A stretch of DNA of 60,347 nucleotides, taken from contig JAFGPG010000057.1 in NCBI GenBank assembly GCA_016926075.1, positions 1 through 60,347 on the forward strand, given 5' to 3'. This document shows, piece by piece, positions 38,158 to 48,071 of the stretch. Made by a program: the position numbers and the translations under genes. Source of the DNA: Methanomassiliicoccales archaeon. Its GTDB lineage: Archaea > Thermoplasmatota > Thermoplasmata > Methanomassiliicoccales > UBA472. The stretch's first letter is position 1. Every line of letters starts with the position of its first letter. The notes beneath the pieces are model-generated. The model was not told where the DNA came from, ran no database searches, and saw nothing but the letters and a program-made list of their open reading frames with translations.

Positions 38158-38956
38158 CCGCACTCCTCCAGGCCAGGGGGTCTGTGCTATCCTTGCCTCC
38201 GGTGAAATGCATGAAGGCCTCCTCCAGGGACGAGGTGCCGGCAAGCTCGACCAGCTCCGGCACCGTGCCCAACGCCACCAGCCGGCCCCTGTTGATGACC
38301 GCGATGCGGTCGCATATCTCCTCCATCAGGGGCAGGATGTGACTGCTCACGAAGACGGTCTTATCTGCCTTGGCCGAAAGGCCCTTCACAAGCTCCTTCA
38401 CCACCAGGGAGGCCCGGGGGTCCAGGGCCGAGGTAGGCTCATCCAGGAAGATCACCGGTGGGTCATGGACCAGTGCTGCGGCGATGAGCACCTTCTGCTT
38501 CATGCCCCGACTGAAACCTTCCAGCAGATCATCCTGGCGCTGCTCCAGGCGGAAGAGGGAAAGCAAGCGCCCCACGCGTTCCTGCAGGAGAGGGCGGGGT
38601 ATGTCGTACAGAGAACCAACGAACCCCAGGTACTCCGCCGGACTCAGCTTCTCGTACAATCCCGGGGATTCCGCCAGCAGCCCGGTGGAACGCTTGACCT
38701 CGTCGGTCTGCGATAGGACGTCATAACCGTTCACCCATGCCCGACCGCAGGTCGGTCTGATGATGCCGTTCAGGATGCGTATGGTGGTGGTCTTACCAGA
38801 ACCGTTTGGCCCAAGAAGGCCGAAGGTCTCGCCCGGATGAACCTTCAACGATAATCGGTCCAACGCCATGATCTCATTGCGACGGCCATAGGATTTGCAG
38901 ATCCCGTCCAACTCGATCATGCCCCTCTTCTCATCGGTCCTTCCGTTCATCCCCAT
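38144..38956 (-). CDS. ABC transporter ATP-binding protein
   Basis: GPNGSGKTT, FSRGMKQK, IFLDEPT, SSH. Confidence 0.92.
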   Translation of the reverse strand: MGMNGRTDEKRGMIELDGICKSYGRRNEIMALDRLSLKVHPGETFGLLGPNGSGKTTTIRILNGIIRPTCGRAWVNGYDVLSQTDEVKRSTGLLAESPGLYEKLSPAEYLGFVGSLYDIPRPLLQERVGRLLSLFRLEQRQDDLLEGFSRGMKQKVLIAAALVHDPPVIFLDEPTSALDPRASLVVKELVKGLSAKADKTVFVSSHILPLMEEICDRIAVINRGRLVALGTVPELVELAGTSSLEEAFMHFTGGKDSTDPLAWRSAVAST

Positions 38957-39268
38957 GCCCTTCGCAGCATATGGTATTAGAACTTCACTCGAACTTCGAG
39001 CGAGGATTCTGGAGAATCGTGTCACATGGCCATGGGATGGATTGACCCCCAGGTGTTCTTCGAAGTCCCATCGACGAATGACCAAGCGGTCGTGAGGGAT
39101 GCAGATAAGTGATCGGGCGACATCAAGGTCCGCCATAGGATTGATAGACATAATGAAAAATCGGGACCGATGCATCGTTATATCCCTTTGCCAGCATCTA
39201 CGAGAGTACGCTATTAATAAATATAATATAATGGAATAATTGACCAGTACACAAGGGAGGGACACGTC

Positions 39269-42200
39269 ATGGGATGCAGGATCAGATCAATCTGGACCAT
39301 TTTAATAACCTCAATGTTATTGTTTTCGATAATACCCGCTCTGGCGCCTAGCGCGTCTGGGGACGGGATATTACCATCGTGGGACATCTACACCATCGAT
39401 GATGTGGGCGATGTAGGGAAGTACTGCTCCATCGATCTGGATTCCAACGATCGCGCCCACGTCAGCTATCACCAATCGACCGCAGGGGAACTGAGATATG
39501 CCACCAACGCCAGCGGGACGTGGGCAAGTGTGGCCCTGGAGACCGGGGCCTACGCCGGCCAGGAGACATCCCTGGCCGTGGACTCCAATGATGCCGTGCA
39601 CATCGCATACTACAACTATCCCAATGCCAATCTGAAGTACGCCACCAACCTGACCGGGACCTGGGTGAAGACCGGAATCGACGTCGCCGGGGATGTGGGG
39701 CGCTACAGTTCCCTGGCCCTGGACTCGATCAACAACGTGTACATCTCCTACTATGACAGCTCGAACGGCGATCTGAAATACGCCACCAATTCAGGGGGGA
39801 GCTGGGGAGTACAGGCGGTCGACAGCCCCAACGACGTAGGCCTGTATTCCTCCATCGCCCTGGACTCGAACAACTGGGTCCACATCGCCTATTATGACCA
39901 GACCAATGGTGACCTTAGGTACGCCACCAATGCCGGTGGCAGCTGGTACACCACTTCCGTGGACACCGCCGGGACGGTGGGTGTATATTGCTCCATAGGG
40001 ATCGATTCTTCCAACAAGGTGCACATCAGTTACCATGACGTGACCACCGGATATCTCAAGCATGCTACCAACGAGGGCGGGGCATGGACCTTGGAGAGGA
40101 TCAGCTCCTCACCCGTGAACGGCATCTTCACCGACCTCATCGTGGACGAGGAGGATAACCTGCACGTGGTCTTCCATGACTCCCTTAACGGGGACCTCAT
40201 CTACGCCAACGATGTGTGGGGCGGGTGGACCATAGGTCCGGTGGACACGGAGGGGGTGGTGGGTTACTATCCATCCTTGGCCTTGGATTCCATGGGCAAC
40301 GTCCACATAAGTTACTATGACGTCACCAACATGAACCTGAAGTACGCCCATCAGATATTGGAGGCGCCCACCTACCCCTTGGGACTCACTGCAAGCCCGG
40401 GGGACGCCCAGGTCACCTTGAACTGGAACGCCCCCGACTGGGACGGAGGCTCCCCCATCACCAACTACTCGGTGTACAGGGGCGCAATGAGCGGCGGGGA
40501 GACCCTACTGGTCATCCTGGGCGATGTGCTGTTCTATGAGGACAGCGACGTGGTCAACGGACAGACCTACTGGTACTACGTCACGGCGAGGAACGTCATG
40601 GACGAGAGTGTGGCCTCGAACGAGGTGAGCGCCACGCCCATGACCGTGCCATCCGCGCCGATCAACCTCACCGCCTCCTCTGGGAACGAGAACGTGCTGA
40701 TCGAATGGGAGGCGCCCTTGGAGGACGGCGGCTCCCCCGTGCAGTCCTATATCATCTATCGCGGCCTGGTCAGCGGCGGTGAGTCGCCCTTGCTGACAGT
40801 GCACGGCACCACCTCCTTCTGGGACGGCGGGCTGACCAACGGGGTCACCTACTGGTACCACGTGACCGCGGTCAACGCGGTGGGGGAGGGGGCGACCTCG
40901 AACGAGGTGAGCGTTACGCCCATCACCTTGGCCCACGCGCCCGGCAACCTGACGGCCGTGGCGGGCCAGGACAACATAACCCTCCATTGGTCCGCACCAG
41001 CCCAGGACGGCGGTTCGTCCATCACCAACTATACCCTCTACCGAGGCACGACCAGTGGGAACGGGACCCTATTGATGGTCCTGGGCAACGTCACTAGCTA
41101 TCAGGACCTCACCGTGGAACCGGGGGTCTGGTACTGGTATCACGTCCGTGCCGTCAACGGCGCCGGCGAGAGCCCGGCCTCCAACGAGACCTGGGCGGCG
41201 ATAGTCACCCCTCCTGGAGCGCCAACGAACCTGACCGCGGATGTGGGGAATGGAACGGTCTGGCTGACATGGGTAGCGCCTTCCTATGACGGAGGCAGCC
41301 CCATCACCGGCTACGAGGTCCATCGCGGCAACGCCAGCGGAGCGGAGGCATACATCGCCACCGTCAACGTCACGGAGTACGCCGATGGTGGCCTGACCAA
41401 TGGCCAGGAATACTTCTATCTCGTAAAGGCGGTCAACGACATGGGGAACAGTACGGCATCCAACGAGGCGTCCGCGATCCCCGTGGCCGCACCGTCCGCG
41501 CCGCTGGACCTTGATGCGTCGGCCGGAGAGTCCAACATCACCCTCAGCTGGTCCGTTCCGGCCGACGAGGGTGGCTCCCCGATCATCGGATACGCCGTGT
41601 ACCGCGGTGAGGAGGCCGGGGCCGAGGCACTACTGACCGAGATCGGACCAGTCACCTCCTACGAGGACGACACTGTGGAGGGAGGGAAGGTCTACTGGTA
41701 CTACCTCACGGCCATCAACGCAGTGGGCGAGGGACCCGCCTCCAACGAGGCCATCGCCATCATCATCCTGGTCCCGACGGCTCCGCTGGATCTGCAGCTG
41801 GCCGCCGGGGATGCCATGGTGGTCCTGAGCTGGGTGGTACCGCTCGACAATGGTGGGACCGACATCACAGGGTACGAGGTGTACCGCGGGAACGCCAATG
41901 GAGAGGAGGTATACCTCTCCACGATCAACATCACGGAGTACGCGGATGGCGATGTGCAGAACGGGATCACCTATTTCTATTACGTCAAGGCGGTGAACCC
42001 GGTGGGCACTGGCCCGGCCTCCAACGAGGTCTCGGGCATGCCTATGGCCCTTCCATCCAATGACGCGGTATTGACCGCGGTGGCCGGGGACGCAATGGTC
42101 GAGCTGTCCTGGACCGCACCGACCGATGACGGCGGCGTGCCCATCCTGGGCTACGCCGTGTATAGGGGGGCCGTGAGCGGGGCCGAGGGGCTGCTGGTGA

Positions 42201-43378
42201 CGACCGGTGACGTCCTGACGTACATCGACGCCGGGCTTGTCAACGGCCAGACCTATTGGTATCTGGTGAGACCGATCAACCAGGTTGGCGAAGGACCCGC
42301 CTCCAACCAGGTCTCCGCGATCCCGACGGCCCTGCCGGGCGCTCCTCGGGAGCTGCACGCCACGGCGAACGGGACGGCCATATCCCTGACCTGGCTGACG
42401 CCAGAGGATGATGGCGGCTCCTCCGTGACCAATTATCGTATCTACCGTGCCCTGCAAGGTGAGGCATCCCTGTTGGCCACGATCGATGACGCGCTGGTCT
42501 ATGTGGATACGACCGTGGAGGAAGGTCTGATGTACACCTATCATGTCACGGCGGTCAATGCGGCGGGGGAGGGGATGGCCTCCGAGGAAGCCTCAGCGAC
42601 CGTGGTCGTCCCACCCTCCGCCCCCCTCGACCTGGAAACGGGGAAGGGCACGGGCTCCGTGGTGCTGACCTGGAACGCGCCGCTGAGCGATGGCGGCTCC
42701 CCGATCGCTCATTATTCCATATACCGCGGTATGGTCGTTGGCGAGGAGCAACTGCTGGTCATCATCGGCAATGATCTCAATTATGTGGACCATGACATAT
42801 CGGCCGGTGCCGTCTACTGGTACTACATCACCGCCAACAACTCCGCGGGGGAGGGCCCAGGATCGACCAGGGTCGGTATCTCGCTGCAATCACCGTCCAG
42901 CGGAGCAGATAATCTGACCGGAATGTCCGGGGACGGGCTGGTGCTACTGACCTGGACCGCGCCCACCGATGATGGCGGTTCCCCGATCACTGGATACAAG
43001 GTCTTCCGGGTCAACGAGACCGGGGAGGCGGTCCTGGTGGCCACCGTGAGCGGGCTGGGGTATACGGACGACGGGGTGAACAACGGCGAAACCTACGCCT
43101 ACTACGTGATCCCCACCAACGCCATGGGCGACGGCCAGCCGTCCGATGTGATCCTGGTCACCCCCTTTGCCCCGGAGAAACAGGAGTTCGATTGGGTATT
43201 CTGGCTGCACGTCATCCTGCTGATCGTCGTCCTGGCCCTACTAATATTCTACTACTACCGCCAACGGAAGGTGGGAAAGGAAGAGGGTCCTGAGGGAGGG
43301 AGCGCACCGGAAGGGGAACAGCCCTCGCCAGAGGAGGAGAGCGACCTATGGGAGCCTCCGAGAGAGGAGGGCGGTTAA
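39269..43378 (+). CDS. Cell-surface protein: signal peptide, 7-repeat beta-propeller-like domain, 10 Fn3 domains, C-terminal TM
   Basis: Seven ~47-aa repeats (GDVGxYxSLALDSxNxVHISYYDxTNGDLKYATN); ten WxxP..DGGSPI Fn3 repeats; TM followed by acidic tail. Confidence 0.92.
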   Translation: MGCRIRSIWTILITSMLLFSIIPALAPSASGDGILPSWDIYTIDDVGDVGKYCSIDLDSNDRAHVSYHQSTAGELRYATNASGTWASVALETGAYAGQETSLAVDSNDAVHIAYYNYPNANLKYATNLTGTWVKTGIDVAGDVGRYSSLALDSINNVYISYYDSSNGDLKYATNSGGSWGVQAVDSPNDVGLYSSIALDSNNWVHIAYYDQTNGDLRYATNAGGSWYTTSVDTAGTVGVYCSIGIDSSNKVHISYHDVTTGYLKHATNEGGAWTLERISSSPVNGIFTDLIVDEEDNLHVVFHDSLNGDLIYANDVWGGWTIGPVDTEGVVGYYPSLALDSMGNVHISYYDVTNMNLKYAHQILEAPTYPLGLTASPGDAQVTLNWNAPDWDGGSPITNYSVYRGAMSGGETLLVILGDVLFYEDSDVVNGQTYWYYVTARNVMDESVASNEVSATPMTVPSAPINLTASSGNENVLIEWEAPLEDGGSPVQSYIIYRGLVSGGESPLLTVHGTTSFWDGGLTNGVTYWYHVTAVNAVGEGATSNEVSVTPITLAHAPGNLTAVAGQDNITLHWSAPAQDGGSSITNYTLYRGTTSGNGTLLMVLGNVTSYQDLTVEPGVWYWYHVRAVNGAGESPASNETWAAIVTPPGAPTNLTADVGNGTVWLTWVAPSYDGGSPITGYEVHRGNASGAEAYIATVNVTEYADGGLTNGQEYFYLVKAVNDMGNSTASNEASAIPVAAPSAPLDLDASAGESNITLSWSVPADEGGSPIIGYAVYRGEEAGAEALLTEIGPVTSYEDDTVEGGKVYWYYLTAINAVGEGPASNEAIAIIILVPTAPLDLQLAAGDAMVVLSWVVPLDNGGTDITGYEVYRGNANGEEVYLSTINITEYADGDVQNGITYFYYVKAVNPVGTGPASNEVSGMPMALPSNDAVLTAVAGDAMVELSWTAPTDDGGVPILGYAVYRGAVSGAEGLLVTTGDVLTYIDAGLVNGQTYWYLVRPINQVGEGPASNQVSAIPTALPGAPRELHATANGTAISLTWLTPEDDGGSSVTNYRIYRALQGEASLLATIDDALVYVDTTVEEGLMYTYHVTAVNAAGEGMASEEASATVVVPPSAPLDLETGKGTGSVVLTWNAPLSDGGSPIAHYSIYRGMVVGEEQLLVIIGNDLNYVDHDISAGAVYWYYITANNSAGEGPGSTRVGISLQSPSSGADNLTGMSGDGLVLLTWTAPTDDGGSPITGYKVFRVNETGEAVLVATVSGLGYTDDGVNNGETYAYYVIPTNAMGDGQPSDVILVTPFAPEKQEFDWVFWLHVILLIVVLALLIFYYYRQRKVGKEEGPEGGSAPEGEQPSPEEESDLWEPPREEGG

Positions 43379-43403
43379 GGTCGGAGCTGACCACCCACAG
43401 AGC

Positions 43404-43439
43404 GGCAAGGCGTGGGCGCCTTGCCATCCCTTTTTTTTT
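43404..43439 (+). terminator. Hairpin plus T-tract terminator
   Basis: GGCAAGGCG-TGGG-CGCCTTGCC then T9 between convergent genes. Confidence 0.75.
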
Positions 43440-43500
43440 CTATGGCATCCCAGCCCTATCGAAGATGGATGCCCAGAACATCAACATCCTTCCGACCCCA

Positions 43501-44862
43501 TTACTTGCTCGTTCCCAGCACGTTGTCCACCGAGCGGCACAACCTCTCCCAGATCCCATCGACCCACTCCAGGTGCTCGGGCTTCATGAGACAGGAACGC
43601 AGAAGGACCACCTCCGGCCGGTCGAACTCTACTCCCTTCCACCTCCGCTCCAGCACCCGCGAGGACGATCTGAACTTGGCCAGGTACAGCCCGGCCCTCT
43701 CCGCCTCCTGGAACAATTTCTCCGAGCGCTCCGAGATCCGGCTGGCGCTTTCCCCGTCCAAGCCGAATACCAGTATGTCCAGCTCCGGCGGTAGGATGGT
43801 GAGGAATCGGCGGTCCTCCCTCATCTTGTGATAGAGCCCGAGGGCCGCCTCCCTTCCCTTGTCCAGGCCTCTGGCGAAATCCCCTCCCCGGACCATTGGT
43901 AACGCTCTCTGCATGGCCCACAGGGCCACGGCGGAGGCGCCGGCCCGGGAGCATTCCAGTGAGATCTCCCCCAGATGAAGTTCGGAGGAGGTGAAATAGG
44001 TGTAGGGCGAATCGTGCCTATAGAACCGCCCCACGGAAGGGTCGCGGAAGAGCACGCATCCGCAACCGTAAGGCTGCAGTCCGTGCTTGTGCGGGTCGAT
44101 GACCAGGGAGCCCACCTCCGACAGGCGGTCCAGGACCTCCCTGGTCCTGGGGGGCAGATCGCTTGCCAGTGTGAAGTACCCCCCGTAGGCGGCGTCCGCG
44201 TGCACCCGGAAGCCGAACTCCCGTCCCATCTCCAATATCTCCGGCAGAGGGTCGATGGTCCCGGCACCGGTCGTGCCTATGGTGGCCACCACGACCCCCA
44301 CATCCCGCTCCTTGACCGCACGCCGTAGGGCACGGACGTCCATGACCATATCGTCGTCGCTGGGGACGACCTGGAACCTCAGACCCAGCACGTCCGATAT
44401 ACGGGAATGGGTGTAATGGGCCTGGTCCGATGCCAGGACCGGCTTGCCCGGGGCCAACTTACCGGAGATCCACAGGGCCTCCATATTGGCCACCGTCCCC
44501 CCGCTGGTCAGGTGCCCGATGTGCTCCTTCCACCCGAACATCGCGGCCAGAGCGCCCACCGCCTCCTTCTCCATGGCCGAGCTCGCCCTTCCGCCGTCCA
44601 GAGCGTGGTTGTTGGGGTTGAGCCACATGGACAGCATGTAGGCAGCTTGGGCCACCGGGTGCGGGGGCTTGAGCATCTGTCCAGCGTACAGTGGGTGATG
44701 ATAGGGGTAATTGTCCCTCATTCTCCTGGCCACTTCCATGAGCACCTCCTCCGCCCCTTCGGCATCGAAGACCATCTGGTGCTCTGGAAGGTGCTGGAAA
44801 CCACGTTCCATCTCCCCAAGGGCCTTCCTCACTATCGCCAGGGTCCTTTCTTCAAAGGTCAT
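43501..44862 (-). CDS. Group II PLP-dependent decarboxylase
   Basis: GHLTSGGTVAN, AHYTH, GTTGAGTIDP, HADAAYGG, DPHKHG (PLP Lys). Confidence 0.9.
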   Translation of the reverse strand: MTFEERTLAIVRKALGEMERGFQHLPEHQMVFDAEGAEEVLMEVARRMRDNYPYHHPLYAGQMLKPPHPVAQAAYMLSMWLNPNNHALDGGRASSAMEKEAVGALAAMFGWKEHIGHLTSGGTVANMEALWISGKLAPGKPVLASDQAHYTHSRISDVLGLRFQVVPSDDDMVMDVRALRRAVKERDVGVVVATIGTTGAGTIDPLPEILEMGREFGFRVHADAAYGGYFTLASDLPPRTREVLDRLSEVGSLVIDPHKHGLQPYGCGCVLFRDPSVGRFYRHDSPYTYFTSSELHLGEISLECSRAGASAVALWAMQRALPMVRGGDFARGLDKGREAALGLYHKMREDRRFLTILPPELDILVFGLDGESASRISERSEKLFQEAERAGLYLAKFRSSSRVLERRWKGVEFDRPEVVLLRSCLMKPEHLEWVDGIWERLCRSVDNVLGTSK

Positions 44863-45027
44863 GGTCCTACATCCTTTCGAACACCAAAGATTGATCGGCG
44901 ACCTAATAAAAGGGGGCGGAAGGCCTGCTCCAGCCACTTTATTCAAGGGGCCCCACAATATTAAACGGCGACCGACCGGTCAGGTCGGGACGGATAAGGT
45001 TATGAAAGCAGCGTCCGATAGCACTCC

Positions 45028-46047
45028 ATGAACTCCAAGCAAAGGTTCATGGCCGCGCTGGGGCTGGAAGAGGTGGACCGCACCCCCACCATGTACCAGC
45101 ATCTGGGGGCGGCCGATCATCTGCAAAGGGTGACCGGAATCGACATCGAGGAGGGGTTCCGGGACCATCGCCGATTCTGCGAGCTCTGCCTGGCCGCGCT
45201 CAAGGAGTTCGGTCACGACAACGTCATGGTGGGCTGGGGCGACCTGTTGATGGACGCCCACGCCTTCGGGGTGGAACTGAGCTTCCCTAACCCCCACGAG
45301 TATCCCAGGGGCAAGGAGCCGGACCCCGACCACGTGGAAGGACTGGTACCTATACATCCCCGGGACGATCCCATGTGGTCCATACTACTGGACTCGGCCA
45401 CCTACCTCAATGACAAGGTGGGCAAGGAGGTCATGGTACTGGGCGCCTGCACCGAGCCCTTCCTGCTGGCAACGGCCATCAGGGGTTTCGAGAACCTATT
45501 GCTGGACCAGATGGTCGATCCGCCACTGGTCCATCGATTGGTGCGGGTGACCACCGATTCCCTGAAGCTCTATGCCACCGCCCTGCGGGAGGAGTGCGGC
45601 CTGGAGGCGGTGTTCCTGGAGGACGGCATTGCCGATCCCACCCAGAACGACCTGGAAAGCTCACTGGCCTTCGACATCGCCTACTCCGCGGAACTGGTGT
45701 CCTTCATGCATGGTCAGGGGTTGAAGGTGGTGCTCAGCAACTGCACCATGGAGGGCTATGTGCGAGAACAGATGGAGCGCGCATCACCCGACGGGATGCA
45801 CTTCCGCTATGAGAGGGAGGACCGGCAGTCGTTGTTGGAGGCAATGGCCGGCAGTAGGTGCGCCGTCCTGGGCCTGGACCCCCTGAGGCTGATCGGCCAG
45901 GGGACCCCCGAACAGGTCCGTGCCGCGGCCCGGCAGGCCGTGGAGGTCTTCGGCCCCCGCCCCGGCCTTATCCTCAGCGCCGCCGGCGAGCTGCCATTCG
46001 ACGCCCCGGTGCAGAACATCAGGGCCCTCTCCGAACATTATCGATAA
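45028..46047 (+). CDS. UroD/MtaA-CmuA family protein (divergent)
   Basis: MNSKQRFMAAL...VDRTP, PFLLATAIRGFENLL, GTPEQV, PFDAPVQNIRAL. Confidence 0.85.
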   Translation: MNSKQRFMAALGLEEVDRTPTMYQHLGAADHLQRVTGIDIEEGFRDHRRFCELCLAALKEFGHDNVMVGWGDLLMDAHAFGVELSFPNPHEYPRGKEPDPDHVEGLVPIHPRDDPMWSILLDSATYLNDKVGKEVMVLGACTEPFLLATAIRGFENLLLDQMVDPPLVHRLVRVTTDSLKLYATALREECGLEAVFLEDGIADPTQNDLESSLAFDIAYSAELVSFMHGQGLKVVLSNCTMEGYVREQMERASPDGMHFRYEREDRQSLLEAMAGSRCAVLGLDPLRLIGQGTPEQVRAAARQAVEVFGPRPGLILSAAGELPFDAPVQNIRALSEHYR

Positions 46048-46070
46048 GGTGCCCGAGGGAAGGGCAGATC

Positions 46071-47339
46071 TCAGCTTGCATCACGTTCCGCTCTCTCGAA
46101 GAAAATAGGGTGCCCCCTGGTCAACCACCAGGCATGCAGCAGCAGCCCCCAGCCCAGCATGCTGAGCCCCATCCCCGACAGCCATACCCAGGCCTCGTCG
46201 GCCAAGGGGTCCACCCCGTTGCCGGTGAGCGCCACGCTGAGGAACAGCGGTACGAGCATGAGAAGCAGCCTGAGCATGACCCGGCGGTCCTCCAGGCCCC
46301 ACATCAGCAGAAGAGCGACGGGCATGATGAAATATGCCATCAGGACCTTTGGATAGCAGAGGAAGAACGCCAACACCACCAGGGTGGCGCCCTGCCAAAG
46401 GGACATACCGCTCCGGTAGGCCAACAGGGTCGCGCCCAGGACCCCACCGACGGTCAGGGCCGCCCCCGCCCAACCGGGCAGGCCATAGCCCAGCTGGCCC
46501 AGGTAATGCCAGGGACTGATGGAGGCCCTACCGGTAGGATATTCGGGATCGCCGAGGAAGTAGAATTCGAACGAGGGCAACTGGTCCGGGAAGAGGATGA
46601 GGAGGGGAATGGTCAGGGCGAGCCCCAGTCCAACACAGCCGAGCAGCAGGCCCCTGCGCTGGTCCCCCCCCGTACGCAGGACCATCCAAGGCACCAACAG
46701 CACATTGAACATCTTGGTGAGCACCCCTACAAGGGAAACGATCCCCGCGGACAGCCCCCTCTCCCGATACAGCAGCACCAGGGGCAGCAGGAACAGTAAG
46801 GTGGTGAGTCCCTCGTCCTGCATGTAGACACCGAACTCCAGGAGGCAGAGGGGGAAGGACAGGTAGGCCAACGCGGCCATCATGGACCTGCGTTCGTCCG
46901 CCTCCCTGAGCCCCAGATACAGGGCCAGGGCGGTCAGGATGCCGAAGGCGGAGAAGCACAGCTGATATGCCACCTTGGAACCCCCCGCCATCTGGGGCAG
47001 GGTGAGGACGTACATGATGAGGGGCGGGGACTCGGAATAGAAGTCGACGTAGGGTATCCTTCCGTCGAGGATGCTCTGCGCCCTGAAGCGGTAGATGTCG
47101 AGGTCATGGGGCTCGCCGAGCACGTCACCCAGGTAAGGTGTCAGCAACAGGGCGTCGAGGGCGATGGTGGTGCCGTAGAGCAGCCCTCCGATGAGCAATA
47201 GGCGGGCGACCCTTTGCCATAGATCGCCGGCGAGGAGGCGGTCCACCACCCTCTCGGTCCAGGGTAAAGGGGGAAAAGAAGGCTGGCCAACCGTCCCGTT
47301 CTCGACGTTGATGTCCCCCTCCCCTTCGCCCGACGTCAT
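46071..47339 (-). CDS. GT-C fold membrane glycosyltransferase (GT87-like)
   Basis: DLDIY...GRIPYVDFYSESPP, multiple TMs. Confidence 0.75.
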   Translation of the reverse strand: MTSGEGEGDINVENGTVGQPSFPPLPWTERVVDRLLAGDLWQRVARLLLIGGLLYGTTIALDALLLTPYLGDVLGEPHDLDIYRFRAQSILDGRIPYVDFYSESPPLIMYVLTLPQMAGGSKVAYQLCFSAFGILTALALYLGLREADERRSMMAALAYLSFPLCLLEFGVYMQDEGLTTLLFLLPLVLLYRERGLSAGIVSLVGVLTKMFNVLLVPWMVLRTGGDQRRGLLLGCVGLGLALTIPLLILFPDQLPSFEFYFLGDPEYPTGRASISPWHYLGQLGYGLPGWAGAALTVGGVLGATLLAYRSGMSLWQGATLVVLAFFLCYPKVLMAYFIMPVALLLMWGLEDRRVMLRLLLMLVPLFLSVALTGNGVDPLADEAWVWLSGMGLSMLGWGLLLHAWWLTRGHPIFFERAERDAS

Positions 47340-48071
47340 GGGTATGGGCTGAGAGATCGATCTTTAAATATATGATACAGTGGCCAGCCCGTACCAGTTC
47401 CGTTCCGGACACCCCCACTTTCGGGATGCCCCCTCTCATGCTTTTATATCGCCAGGTCATGGCCAAGAGCATGGAGCAGCACATTGACATCAGCATATCC
47501 CGACCCTGCCCCACCGTGCCTAGGCGGGAGGTCCCTGGAAGTCCATATCCCCCCTCGGGCAAGGAAAGACGAGGGGGGAGTCCCATGGACCGTCGTCGGA
47601 AACCTTTCAGGAGATGGCCTTGAGCCATGAGGCGCGCCCTCAGGTCCAGAGGAGGGCGGCGGTCATCATTGCCGCTCGTACATCCAGAGTCATGCTGCGG
47701 TGCTGAGACGATCGACCGCCCAGGAACAAATTCCGTATGCCCGCCCGATGACCTTTGGAGAGACCGCCCTTCACCGTTCTGAACGAGGGAGGCGAGAACG
47801 ATACGATCCCCAGGAAGTGAGGGGCTGCAGAACCATATGCTTGCCTCGCACTAGGAGCACTCGATCTGGACATAAAAAGGATACTGGTCCTGACCTAAGC
47901 GGCCTTGGCATACGCATGCATCCCGACGTTCGCCCTGTACACCATCGGTCACGACCATCTGTAAAAGCCCCAAGAACTTACTGGCAAGGCTAAGTGGGCC
48001 CGTCGGGCTCCGGTCCCTCCTGAAAGGATCGAGGGAAGCAATAATAACCAGGTCCGAAGCATTATAACATC

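Noticed and set aside
39380..43170. Repetitive DNA suggesting an array
   Set aside because: Degenerate protein-domain repeats (propeller, Fn3), not CRISPR or tandem DNA repeats
43501..44862. Calling the decarboxylase MfnA (methanofuran pathway)
   Set aside because: Motifs support only the group II family; substrate cannot be read from the sequence
47340..48071. RNase P or SRP RNA
   Set aside because: Conserved GAGGAAAGTCC and SRP helix-8 motifs were not found on either strand
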